Assembly: GCA_047495785.1 (NCBI GenBank)
Contig: JBLDXI010000054.1
Location: forward strand, 806,001-870,000
DNA: 64,000 nucleotides
Source of the DNA: Lepidodermella squamata
Taxonomy: Eukaryota; Animalia; Gastrotricha
Direction of reading: 5' to 3'
The position numbers were made by a program, and so were the translations under genes. The stretch's first letter is position 1. Each line of letters starts with the position of its first letter. Positions 11,833 through 24,900 of this stretch are shown here, one piece after another. A model generated the notes under the pieces. That model was given only the letters and a program-made list of their open reading frames with translations, was not told the DNA's origin and did no database searches.

Positions 11833-14355
11833 TCAGCTCCTTCGCGAGTCTGAAGAAAAGCGAACTCGCCGCCATACAACAAATCTAGCCAATTTGGACG
11901 CGTTCAAAATTATCGAATTTGTTACGACAAGCGCTATCGTCATGCTAGAAACTGACAGCTGAAGGGCTTCGTCGCTACGCATTTCCATCGCCGCAATTAG
12001 GATCGTGGCGATCGCCATCAAGCTGCTGCAGTAGACCGCTTTTGCTGTGGCTTTAAGCTCGTTCAATACAGTGATCTTAATCTTTGAACCAGGTGTGCTG
12101 CCCCGAGAGCTGCGAATCCTCGATAGCGTCACTTTCTGAGAAGGAAGCGTGGACAATCGTGAGATCGTTTTATCCTATCACAGTTCGCAGAATAAATTTG
12201 ACACTCAAAAACGCAAGAAACTTACAAAAACTAAGTAGGCTCGAAAGCAGTTGATGAGAATTGCGAGAATGTGAAGAATTCCGATGCAAAGAGCAGTACC
12301 CAACGTAACCTTGTTACTAAAATCCAACCGACAGACGACTCGAAAAAGCTGGTAGGCAACACTTTCGTCCAGCGAGTAGTTTCGTTCGTCTTCAAGATAT
12401 TCGTATGAAAATCCGCCCGAGAGCAGGAATGCCAAGATGAGGCCAAATTGCACCAAAACCCAAACATGCACGTAACTCAAAGTCTGTTTAACTTGATCGA
12501 CGAATTGATTATGCTTAGCGTGGGTATTCTCAGTTAACATGTGTCGCCCGCGGTGAAGCTTTGTGTAGAATCCAGCGGAGATGAAGGTGAAGCCTATAGA
12601 CAGGGAGAAACAACTGGCTGAACATGGAACAATAACAACCCTGGTGAAGGTCTGTAGAGTTACAACAGCTAAAATCGGATAGCATAGCATCAAAACGCTG
12701 CCTACGTTATTGCAGCAATTTTCAAGCAAGAATGCATCAGGGAAGGCCACAAAAAATGTCGGTCTTCCGCGCTTATAAGCCAAAATGCCTGCTATCATTG
12801 GAATCAGGTTTATTGCGATTCCAAATGTCGCAAGAGTTATGAGCGCCAGCAAGGCATGCCCACTTGTCGTGGCGGTCGGAATAGAAATCAACCGGACAGT
12901 ATCGCTTGGGGCGATGTTACCTGGAGACCCCCAGTTCGGACCTTCGTTTAGAAAGTCCACCGATCGATCGTCGGCTTGGTAGTAAGCTACAATCGGTCTT
13001 ACAGGGAGTTCATTTCGCACGGCTTTCTTGAACACCACAGGATTAAATCCTTTGGTATTTAGCGTAGTTCCCTTATCGAAGTGATACACGGATTTCAACC
13101 CATTCATCGAAGTTTTGTACAATGCTTGATTAAAAGCTTCCCGGAAAACTCCGCCGTTCTGTAGGAAATTCCGAGAATTCAACGTCCATTCCCGGATCGT
13201 CGAATTGAACTCATCTCTCAACCAGTTTTCAACCGAGTGAATGAGATAACCAGAGTACAGAGCGATGTCGTAGCAAAGAGGCGCAATATTAGTGGGGTCT
13301 GAAATTTGCGAGCCATTCACGATTTTCGCGTCGATTTTGCGTGAGAATTCAGTGCTGATCAGCCCGCTCGAATCTGCATAGCCTGACCCTGCTATATCAC
13401 TCATGGAACCAAAGGAAACGAGTAGCCAATTCTCCGCAACCTTAGCCAGCATATCCCTAGTGCACCAAGATGCAACCGAATCCGGAATTTTGGCAGTTGC
13501 CGGGTCAAAACCAGCCCAACCTGTAGCGAAATACGCGTAGCTTGGCCCAAACATGCCGAAGCGATAGAACCAACACGACAGCATGAGACCATTATTAGCA
13601 TTGGCCAGAATTATACGAGGTTCCAGACCTCGCATTGCTTTCAATGCCACCATCATCTCTTCCTTTTTGAAGTTTGTAGTCACCTTGCCGTACCACAAGA
13701 CTGATATATTGCGAGCAACAAAATGGCCTAATATCTCGCCCTCAGCGTCGTTAAAATACGGAAGGTCTTCGGTTATCACGGCGATTTTTCTCCAGCCCAT
13801 TTTCGCGCAGAAAGCAGCCATACCCTCTTGAGGCGTGAAAGCAGACGTTGTCAATGGAAAAACTGTACCGTATTGAGATCGAGTTGAAGTCGAGCCATAG
13901 AATAGGTGGGTAAGCCCGAAGATGTTTAGCTTATTCATGGAAAGAGCTATTTTCTGCTGGCCAACTGCAGAGCACCAACCCATTATGACTAGTGGTATTC
14001 GATCCTCACTAGGCCACATCAGCTCTTTCACCACCCTTTGAACCGCTAGCCCATCGCTGCATTCGTCGTCAATCATAGCTATCTGTAATTCGTAGCCGGG
14101 TAACCAAGATGCATTGGCGTGGAGCTGGTCTAGAGCTACCTCCATTGATTTTGGGCACAGGGGTCCTATTGAATTCGCACCGCTTCGATAGTTGACGTAT
14201 GCCAGCATTCTTATTACTTGCCGTGCTTTTGAAATCGGTAAGGATGTCCTAACGTAGCTATCCATGGACGCATTCGATAATACTCGCTGCCCCTGGGTAC
14301 ATCTCGCTTCGAAGAAGGCAAGAAACATAACGGAAACTTCAATTGAAAACAGCAT
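11833..14355 (-). CDS. Class C GPCR, GABA-B-like, ~823 aa; exons 14355-12226 and 12174-11833
   Basis: Signal peptide from ATG 14355 with TATATATA ~60 bp upstream; VFT motifs (LPGYELQI..DDECS, GWRKIAVI, PRIILAN, YDIA); 51-nt phase-0 GT-AG intron joins AYLVF to DKTISRL...LNELK and TM6-TM7. Confidence 0.9.
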
Positions 14356-17300
14356 GCTTTGAATATAATAACTTGAACTCCAGCAACTTTTTTGTTTCAA
14401 GATTGCACCATGAACTATATATAAGAGAGATCTACGTCAGCGGCCAGAAACCTGGAACACCTGGACACACAGGAGCGTGATAATAATCCAAGTCTCCGGG
14501 CGGCCTATGTTCAAAAATATTGTCTCCAACTAATTTCGGACGTTTATAATATTTGAAAGCTATATCACTACGACGTCTATCGCCACATTTTCTGCCGAAT
14601 TTCGTCGCAGACGTTATAGGTGCATGGGATAAGCGTGATTAGGCAGGATAGCCCAAAATTAGGTTTGACTCATTAATTCTCAGTTCATTTGTTATTATTA
14701 TTATTATTTTTAGTAGTATTAGTATGCGTCTCGTCGCTGGCTGTATGTGACCACGAAAAGTAATTCGTCGCAGTATTTGGTACAGTGATAACTGAGACCC
14801 ACCGGGCGCAGATCAACTGAAGCCTTACATCCTCGATAGTTCCATTCTTTAATCAAATGAAGATAGCATCGAAATTGTGAAATTGACCGTTGGGTGTGGG
14901 GCTACCTGTACGGATTTTGTGCGACCTGTACGAATCAAGTCGCTCTCCCTCGCCAGCCATCGCCCGACCTACCTTGATGCCAAGTTGTTGCTCAACAGTT
15001 CCAGCGGTTGGCTGACTGTATTCCTCCATGATACGCATTGTACTGTTCATTTTTTTCCGCTTTTCCGGGTCAAAGTCCATGGTGACCTGGTTTGCTTGGT
15101 CTCAATGTCGGAAAAAGTGTCACCGCCAAGTAAGTGAAGCGGACAAGTGGCCAAGTTACCAAGTGGTGACGATGGACTTTGACCCGGAAAAGCGGACTTT
15201 TTCCTAAGTGCGAGTTCTTCCTCGACGTGAACGACCCTGTGCTAAGGTCGCGAACGAGGCTTGTGCAGCGCGAATTGGAGAAGAGTAGCATTGTCTCGAG
15301 AGACTGACAGCGAAAAATATGTGAATGGTACACATATTACCTTAGAGTCGAGAGGAAGTGAAGTTTAACTTAATGATAATCATGAAATAAGAAATAATGC
15401 GAAAGGCTGATATATCATAGCTTTTCTGCTCTGACTTACAAACAAATTTTTAAGAAATTTGAGAAGTTTACAGGCGTAGACGGATTCACTCGCCCAGTAA
15501 GGCAGATTTACCCTAGTAATAAAAATGGTGCACGCCGTGAGGCGGTCCTCGGCCATGCTTCCCCTGGTCCGCGTGACTTTGGCTGAACAGGAATCGTGAC
15601 AAGGCATGGCTCTGCCTTAGCATGGCATGGCACTGCCTGCACGGAGTCCTCTCTAAAAAGATGTGCTTAGAACCTAGTCCAGGACAGGGTCCTTGCTAGT
15701 TAAAAGTAACAAGGACCTTGTGCGGGCCCTGAGCCAAGATCTTGGCAGGATGTGATTTTTTGTGTGAGGCACGTAGATCTTGGGAAGAACTGTGTTGTGA
15801 CGGCGACCCTAGCCGAGGACCTTGTGATGAACTTGTGAGTTGTCCTTGGTGAAGTGGACTTGGAAATTTTTTTCAAATTTTTTTGTAAGTTGATTGGTTG
15901 CCGCAGTGTTTTCTTAATTATAATCGCTGCTTGCCGTATTACATGCTGGTTATAGGCATTATTTGCTATTTTGTTTTTAAATATAACACTGTGTCTATAT
16001 TTTTAACCTTGAAACACAAATCTATATCTTTTCATACTTCAAATATAGATTTGAGTATGAACTATATTTCTGATCTATATCTGAAATATAGATTCAGGTG
16101 TGTCTATATTTTTCACCTGGAAAATCTATATTTTAAATATAGATGCCCATTTCCAAGCCCAATACTTCCGAGATCTCTAAAACAGCTAATTCTAACGGAA
16201 AAACGCAGGGAAATAGTTTTCGCAACGCAATTTATTATGAAAGAAAATGGAGAAATTCAATTTTGAGAATAATTTAGGCGGGGACAGCTTGGCAGGCGGG
16301 CTGCAAAAATGGGTCGTATGAACCAGAATTTCTCAGAAAACTCCGGAAAATCGGGCAGCATTTCGTCCCCGCTAGGCATGAATTCGCAGCGATTCGCGGG
16401 TCGGATCGCGCAGAAAATCATCGAACAGGTACGGTCAGCAAGTCGCCACCGAAAGCACCGGGAAAGCTGCTCCAGAAGATCCAGCATTTGACAGCATCTA
16501 GTCCCCAACTCGCAGAAATCACCACCTGGGACTGCATCTTGCAGCACTTGGCCAGCGACAGTTCCGCGATTCCATTGCACTGGGAAAATGGATGTACCAA
16601 ACACCGTTGCAACGCGCTTGTCCGAAATCCGAAACTGAGCCATTTTTCAGCGCCCCGGAGATGAAATTCAGACGGACTGTCCTCGAGTCTTGTGCATCGC
16701 ATCCAAACGCGTGTCGTTCAAATCGAACCAGTTTCTTCAGGTTGAAAAAGCGCAAGGTTTTCGCGAACGTTGATTTCGAAGGAAGCAGGGTTGATTGGTT
16801 ATCGAAGGGTTGATGGGTTGTCGAACCATTCGGCTTGGAATGCGTCAGGGTTGCAAATCGGAGCAGAATTCTGGGAGAATTTGTTCGTGAAATTCGAGCA
16901 TAGGTTCGGACAGAGAATCGACGTTCAAAACGAAACGAAATTCGAAAGAATGAGAAAAAATGAGCGAAAATGAATAGCAAGCCAGTTTTAGATGAAATTT
17001 TAAGTTGGATTTTTTATTTTCTATTACTACTGCGTTGCGAAAAATATAGACACCGTGTAATATTTTACGATACAACATTCGTAGAAACCTATATTTTCGT
17101 GAAGCACTCGTATAGATCTCGTAAAACTCATTCACCTCGTGAAATCTCGTCTCCACTCGCCTACCGGCTCGTTCCGCCTCGATTTCACTCGTTTCATTCG
17201 TTTTACTCGATCTATATTTCGTGCTTCACTCAAATATAGATTCCTACTCATGTTATATCATACAAATATAAATTAAAAAATAGATGTTATCGATGGAGCG

Positions 17301-17669
17301 GAAGCACATGTTGTTATGGTTGTGTTATTGTTATGCGGGCGGAGGTGGTACTGCTGTTTGAGTTTCGGTTATGAGTTTTCAGCTGAAAACTATTGTGTTC
17401 GCTGTTTGCTTACTAATCGGTTAAACGACATGTTAGCTAGCTGTTAGCTAGCTTATTTGCAAAGAAGCCTGGTGTGTGTGCGAGCCATCAGCCCAGCGTG
17501 TCTGGGGCTAGTAACACCAGCGTTAGAGGAGCTAAACGCAGCGTTACTGGAGCGAAATCCAGGATTGCTGGTACTAGTAAAGGTAAGTAGATATAATATC
17601 AGGTGTGAGTAAGTGATGGCCAATTTGCAATGTTATGCTGTTAACGTCAATGCTAAGGCGATTGTGCAG

Positions 17670-18079
17670 TGATTGTTGCGACGGAGCACTCTTATTCGTG
17701 CGCCAAGCCTCCGATGGTTAACCCGGTGGTTGTGAAGGTGATGGTGAAGGCGGCCAAGCCGAAACGTGTTTGTTCTCTTAAGCAGAAGGTGAATGCTAAG
17801 AAAAGCGGTAAATGTCAAGGCCGTGTAGAAGGCAATGGTGATGATGTTGATGTGGCGGAAGTTTTTCCCTGTGCGATATGTGCAAAGCGTTGTACATCGA
17901 ACGTCGATCTTCAAAACCACCTGAAAACGCACAACAGTCATGTGAGTTGCCATGTATGTGGGATGGCTTTTGTGACCGAGGCGTCATTGCAATCACATGT
18001 GAAATGCCGCCACCCTGCTCCTCTGCCGGACAAAAGGAAGGTTATTGTTAGGCCGAAGGTTTGTCCGAAGAAAAAATGA
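17670..18079 (+). CDS. Transposon-borne C2H2 zinc-finger protein (last exon; 5' exons unresolved)
   Basis: Two C2H2 fingers CAICAKRCTSNVDLQNHLKTH and CHVCGMAFVTEASLQSHVKCRH; Lys-rich flanks; acceptor TGTGCAG at 17669 and candidate donor GTAAGT at ~17583. Confidence 0.75.
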
Positions 18080-18422
18080 GTGCTAAAATATAGGCGCATT
18101 ACTTATAGTATACAGTCTCAATGTCTGCGTATGCAGTAGCGTGTGGTGTTTTCTTAAAGTCTCTAAAGACTTTGTTTTACTGATTTTTTTTTACTTCATA
18201 TCTGTAGCCTGTGGTTATATAATAGGTAAAATTATTACATTTTTATCAGGTACTGAAGACAAATGCAGCTGAAAGCGCTCTTTTGTTATTTATCAATGTA
18301 CCTATTTCTACTCTGCACTATTTTATTTCATTGTTATTGTTTGACTTTTATAGTGTTGTTATTTTGCCCGTAATTTACGACGATAACGGCGACCATCTAC
18401 GTACTTGTGGATTTTTGCTATA

Positions 18423-18865
18423 ATGGGGAAACGCAGGAAGTCAGGAGGTCGTATAGTCAGAAAACCTGGCGACGATAAAGCTGCTGAAAAACCGTTAATA
18501 CAGCGCAAAGTTCGACGACGACGCGGCGCGGAAGTGTTTTCATCTGTTGTGTCTAGCGACAAAGAGGAGGGCTCTGGCAGTTCGAGTGAATTGACGGCAA
18601 AAATTGTTAATCCTACTAGACCTCGACCAAAATCATCTACCGTTCGATTCATGTCGACATCTAAAGTTGCTAAACCAGAAGAAGAAGAACAAGAAGATGA
18701 TGATGATGATGATGATGATGATGACGAAGATAGCGAAACTAGTTATGCGGCTGGTGGCGAAGAGTCTGCGTTGACGCTGTCGTCGTTGTCGTCGTCAAGA
18801 CTTACGACTCAGCCGTCGATGCTGGCGTCAGGCCTATTTACGCTCAGTGTGTGTGGTCAAGGTGG

Positions 18866-18914
<49 letters not shown>

Positions 18915-21900
18915 TTAGGACGAGGCGACGGCGAAGAAGAAGAAGAAGAAGAAGAAGAGGAAGAAATGCTAGAGCGGGGCGACGACGAAGGCGGAGATGA
19001 CAGCCGCCCCCCATCAGGTGCTGTAGAGCCGATGACCGTCGATTCATATGCTGCGGAAGAAGAAGAAGACCAAGCGGTAGCTCAACGCGATACAGCCGAT
19101 TTGTCAACTGAAAACAGTTCAATGGTTGTTATGAACCGGAATGATGATGATAATGATGATGATGAAGGAGATGATTCGGGCGATTCAGCCGTATTATCAG
19201 ATCGACTTGTTGTTGTTAATCAACCGGGGACACTTAATATCGTGGGAGCTGGCAGTTCGAGTGAAGACTCCTCGGCAGATGAACAAGACAGCAGGCTGAC
19301 AGATATCGGCCGTCCTTTGGCATACTTTCCGCTGTTCGGCAGTGACGGGGAGGAATTGAGCAGCGACGACAGTGATGTTGATCTTGATGTAAGTAATGTC
19401 GCAAATAATAGTTTCCCCCCTGAATGGATTTTTTATTCTTTGCTTTTTATTTATTCATCAATTTAAAATATGTCATTCAACGCTGAAATTTGATAGATTT
19501 GATCGCAGTTTTGGGTACCTATGTAAAATCGGGTATTTTGGTTATATTGTAGCTTAGTTGCGTAATTATTAAAACCGCTCAACCATGTCAGAGAAAGCTC
19601 ATCAGATATTGTCTCATTTCAACAAATAACTTCGCGAAACTCCGAAATTTCATCGTCACATGACTCTATCTCCATCGGCTCAAAGCAGAGCTCAGAAGAT
19701 GATCAATCGGTTGAAAATTTCTTATCACGGCAAACCTGAAGGATATAAAATTAAATGGGTCATAAGTTTTAAGAGAATTTATGCCTCTCTGTCTCGTTCG
19801 ATTAGAAACTCTCGCGAATTGATTACGTCATTCAATTGCAATCTGAACGAATTTTGCAGCAAAAGCGTTTGAGCCAGCAACTCATTCCGCTCAGTAAGGA
19901 CTTCCTCAGCTTTTTTCATAGTGAAATCAGTCATTTCAGCCACTTTGGAGTTGATGGGTTCTGTGAATATTTAAATCGCATCTTCTACTCAACTTTTGAT
20001 ATCAGCAAGAGTTGTGGTCAACTTCTCGTCGATAGTAGCCTTAATAAAGTAACCCTGACTAACTCTGACTATTTCAATCGGTTTTCGTACTAAATAAAGT
20101 CGAAATGAAATGAGTAGACCAATTCATTGCGAAAGCCTTACATGGCTGGCCAACCATGCAATATCGATTTTGAGCATCTCCTTGTGACAAAGTAGACAGG
20201 CGTCGCAAAAGGATTTTTGGCGGTGGCTACACTCGTTTCGATTCTCAGTTAGCACGACATGTTCACATGCCATTCCTAATTCCGTTGCAACTGAAGGAAT
20301 TGTTTGAAAGACAATATGGGTCCTTTTCTTGGCGCGCGCGCATCATTATTTTTTGTGTCACAAAAAATGTGGCTTTAATGATGCGTGTTGCGCCACGCGG
20401 TTGTGTGTGCGTGTGCGTCACATGACGCAAGTTGCGTCACTTGTTGTGTTCGCAATATTATATTTCTAGTAATTAGGACCACACAACAAAATAATCTGTT
20501 CATTTGATATTTATTTTTATAAGTAAAATGTTAGTGTAACTTGAATTGTATTTGTTCAAATCACTTTAGTTTTCAAAATTTAATAGAATTTCGCAACTTT
20601 TTAAATGTGAAATGTAAAAGCACCACAGTTATTCCCTAGAATTGCTGCAGTTTTGAATAGGTAGCGGCAATGATACATTTTTTCCGGCTATCTTGGTTGA
20701 TAGCAAAATTGTTTTCTTGAAAAAGTATCATTTACTATTTAACCTATTATAAAAATTATTTATTTTCGAATGTTGATAATTATTGTTGTATAGCAGAGCT
20801 AATTCATGTGTTTTTTGTGTGTAATATTTCCAGGTTGAAGATTGGTCTTCTGAGGAGGATGAGGAGGATGACGACGAAGAAGAACGGCATGACGATGGCG
20901 GTGTTGCAATTCAAGGCCAAGGTCAAGACCACCCGGCTGCACAAGTACAACAAGGAAATGATCAACCACAGCAGCAGCCGGCGAATCGATTTCCTATTCA
21001 AAATAGCTACGCCTACACGGATTTTGTTCATAAGCCGAGTGACGAATCTGACGATCCACATGACATTATGGGGCGGTTAAGGCGACTGGAAATGCAACAC
21101 AGGTTATCTCGATCAGCAATCGATGAGGTGTTGCAGATGGTTAGAGCGTATTGCCAGCCACAACTGCTGAAACACGTTCCGAAGTCATGCTACGTGTATC
21201 GGAAGCGGTTGGAACAAAGCGGGAGTCTGGTAAAGCCGTCCTTCAGAAGCTTCATGTGCCCGAAATGTTTCCGCGAGCTTGACAAAGACAGCAAATGCCC
21301 TGTTTGCAACGAGAAATTGGCGCCGTCAGCTCGGGCTGAAGTGATTGTACCATCTTTAGCGTGGCAGTTGCTCACTGTTCTCAATGATTATGTCGTTAAA
21401 AATGGCATCACTCTACAAACTTTGGGTCAACTTGGCCATTGCTTACAATTACAAGTCAGCTTCGACGGCACCCCGTTGTCAAGGCGAAACACCGGCTGCA
21501 CTGATGTGTGGCCTTTAACGGCGTCGATTGTCAACCTGCCGATTCACGCTCGATTCAAGCCCCATAATATCATCATTATGGGCTTGTGGCAAGGCCCCTG
21601 CCATCCGCCTTATAGGAAACTTATCGAGCTGTGCCTCAACAAAACGTCACGCGAATTTCGGGCTCCTAAAGTGTTCGAGTTTCAAAACGGTGTGCGCATA
21701 AATATGGGTATTTGTCTGCATTCATTGATAGCTGACCTAATAGCCAGAGCGCCGTGTTTAAACATGACTCAATTCAATGGTGAATACGGCTGCCCTTATT
21801 GCACGGTTTGCGGGGTGACAATAGAAACCGTTGGGTGGCGATATCGGTTGGTGCCAAATCTCGATCTATATTTGCGAGGACCGAGTGGCATTGATGAGAC

Positions 21901-24900
21901 GGCATTGCAAGTTGTACGGGAAGGCATTGTTTCACACTTAGGTATGCAATTTTTTATTATTTTATTTTAAATAATGATAAGTAGCTTTTGATTTTGGTAA
22001 TAAATGTTTAAATACTAGCCCGGGCTTCTAGGTTTTCAATGTCCAAAATAGGCGAAAAACTGAGCTTCTATTCGAGATAGGCTACTAAGAACAAGTAAAG
22101 GGCAACCGTTCTAACCTATTTTCGTGCTCTAAGAATATTTCTGCCTCATCGTCGCTGTAATCACTGTTATTCATAGCTCTACTTCTCCATTCGAGTCATT
22201 ATTCATCTTGAGAAGTCAGAATTCCAGTTATATTCTTGAATTTATATGAATTCATTGTAAAATTTTGATGTCGACCTTCATGTGTTTAAATTTGTGTGTG
22301 TTTTCATTTTTCAGGCATCTTCGGGTTATCTGGGTTCTACCCTGATATGGTTTTCCCTCGGGACGCCCCAGTCGAACCTATGCACTGCTTCGAAGAAGGC
22401 ACTGGTCGTCGCATGAACTCGGCCTTCCTGTTCAATGACGATATTATACCTGCTGCTTCTCGAAGAGTGATTGCGTACAAGATGAAAAACATGCATCTCC
22501 CGGTTCAGTTAATCTCGGTTCGCCTCACTGCGTTTGATGACTCAGTGTTAACCAAGTGGCGCGGCAAACACATGAAGCTGTATCTTTGCGTCATTGGATC
22601 GACTGTATTGGCGTCGGAGCTATCGGACGCCTACTTTTTGTTATTCCTATCATTTCAACTCGCTTTCCGCATGCTGCTGGATTTTAACGAACAGGATGTT
22701 GAAGAGAAGCAATTTGCTATCACTAGCAGCCAGACGCTGTTGAATCGCTACGTCAACGCGATGCATCAACTACTGGGTGGCGACGAAGTCCTCATGTTCA
22801 ACCTGCATCAAGCCTTGCACCTTCCAGCGTGTGCTCAGCAGTTCGGGAATGTTGGTAATATTTCGGCTTACAGCTTCGAAGGATTCCTTGCCCGACTGAA
22901 ACAAGAATTCAAAGGTAGGAAAATTATCCTGCTTCTTTTTTTCAAAATTGTTAAATCTAGACTTCTGGACTAGTATTCTTTTGAAATTATTGCTTTCGGA
23001 AATACTTGTGAAGTTATCAGCATATATTGGAATTTGAGTTTATTTCATGTATAGATTATATCTAAATTTAATTTTAATCTAAATTAGAAGGGGAATTTGG
23101 ATTAGAGTTGTTGTTCTATCTATTCACCCTTGGGAATTAAGATTAAAGATGGACCGTTGGGAAGTAGCCTGCATAAATCCGAGTCAAAGAATGCGAGGGT
23201 TGAGTAATCGTCCACTCACCGGGCGACTTGAGAACACTTTTTTGCGCTTCTTGCCACCTCTTGCCGCGTTACGCATTTATTGACACGCAAATTCTGCGTC
23301 ACAATGTAGTCACTTCTAAGACAATTCTAAGTTGCAATGATCGCAATTCATTGAGTCTTGAACGAAGTGATGTAATTTGAGAAGCTGTCCAAGTGCAAGG
23401 GCAATTGTCGTCGCGAACATGCCTGTCCTTCGAGTGCAGTAATTCTGGGTCAATTTCAAGCAAGGACGTAATGTCCCAGTAATCCGACTATAAGGTAGGT
23501 GAGTCCGCGTTTAGGAGCGTTGACCGGGTTGGCACCAAAATTCGCAAGGTGTTCACGAATCTGGCCCGTGTGAGATCAAAGACAACGAACTTCCTTGCCT
23601 TTCAACCGTGTCTGGGCGGCATCGGCGGCAAGTTCGTACAACGCCGACGGAGAAACTAGACAGAACGTAGTATTTCTGTAGTACAATAACAATTTTGGTC
23701 AATTGGATGCCTGCATCGAGGACATCGAAATAATGGCGGGGTTCAGAAAAATCATGGGCGAAGCCGGCGAAAAACCATTCAGTTAATGAATTCCAGACCG
23801 GTGTTCTTTCGGTTAATGAGGCTCGGAGCTTCGTCTTCGGAACAAGTGACATGCCAGTCCTTCAAATGTAGTAATTCTGGGTCGATTTCATGCTAATACT
23901 TCATGGCCACAACTTTTCCAGCTCTTGCCGCCTGATGAAACGCATTTCCGCCGTTACACTTGTTTAATTGACGCCAACATCATGCACTCACGAGGTATAT
24001 ATTGTCTTGCGAGGTCAGGTCTTGCTGGAAGGCAACCCATCAGCAGCATCGGCGACTTCATCGGCGGTCAGGTTTTGCTTTCCCATCGGCCTGACTTTCA
24101 TAGAAAAAACTTCAGTTAGGGTCGTGCAGTTCTCATGACCCTTCTCAGACGGACCACGAAGGTCGCGAACCCTAGGAAACCGCAAGGTCCGCCCAATCGC
24201 AGATTCACGTCCACGGTCTGAGTCAGTGATATCGGCAGCCCGGACTGGGAAAATGGGAGCAGACTCAGGGTCGATTCAAATCACGGGATGAGTGTTGAGG
24301 CGTCAAGTACTTCAAGTATTCGATCATAGGGAAGAAGTTCCTTGTAAGAGGCCGCTTAGTCAATGGGCTAGTGAATCGCTGAGTCCCTACCAAACTTTGT
24401 TGGACGAAGTAGTGTCCCTGAGAAAGCAACTGCATTCTAAAAGTGACGAGCCATAGTAACTGTTGACGATTTGTTGAATTTGTGCGTTAATCAACGCTAG
24501 GAAAGTGCGTTAGGAAACCCGATAATGTTCAGTGATGGCCGGTTAAATTAGTAGTAACAGTAATAGTAATCTGTAGTAATAGCGTCATTTCCTAAGGCGG
24601 AATGCGCTGGGCTTGGGGTCCCGTGACCAGCGATTCTAGTCTTGGCCCCCAATCTGACCAATGTTCCGACTGTTGGCAACTCGTGAGATATGACAGCCCG
24701 GTGTAGTGGCGTGGCATCTGCCATATCTTTACAATCAATATCCACGTTCATCTGTTCGACCAAGCGTTACGTATGTAGAGCAGACGTGTCGTAAAATGTG
24801 GAACGCTTTGAAGCAGATCCAAGACCCCGGCGAATACAATTATCCTGGGAAGAATGAGACTTAAGCGTAGTTGGTTGGAAAACCTGTTAGCAATGTTCCT

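Noticed and set aside
18844-19122. Poly-His/poly-Leu ORF on the minus strand
   Set aside because: Antisense reading of the (GAT)n/(GAA)n tracts.
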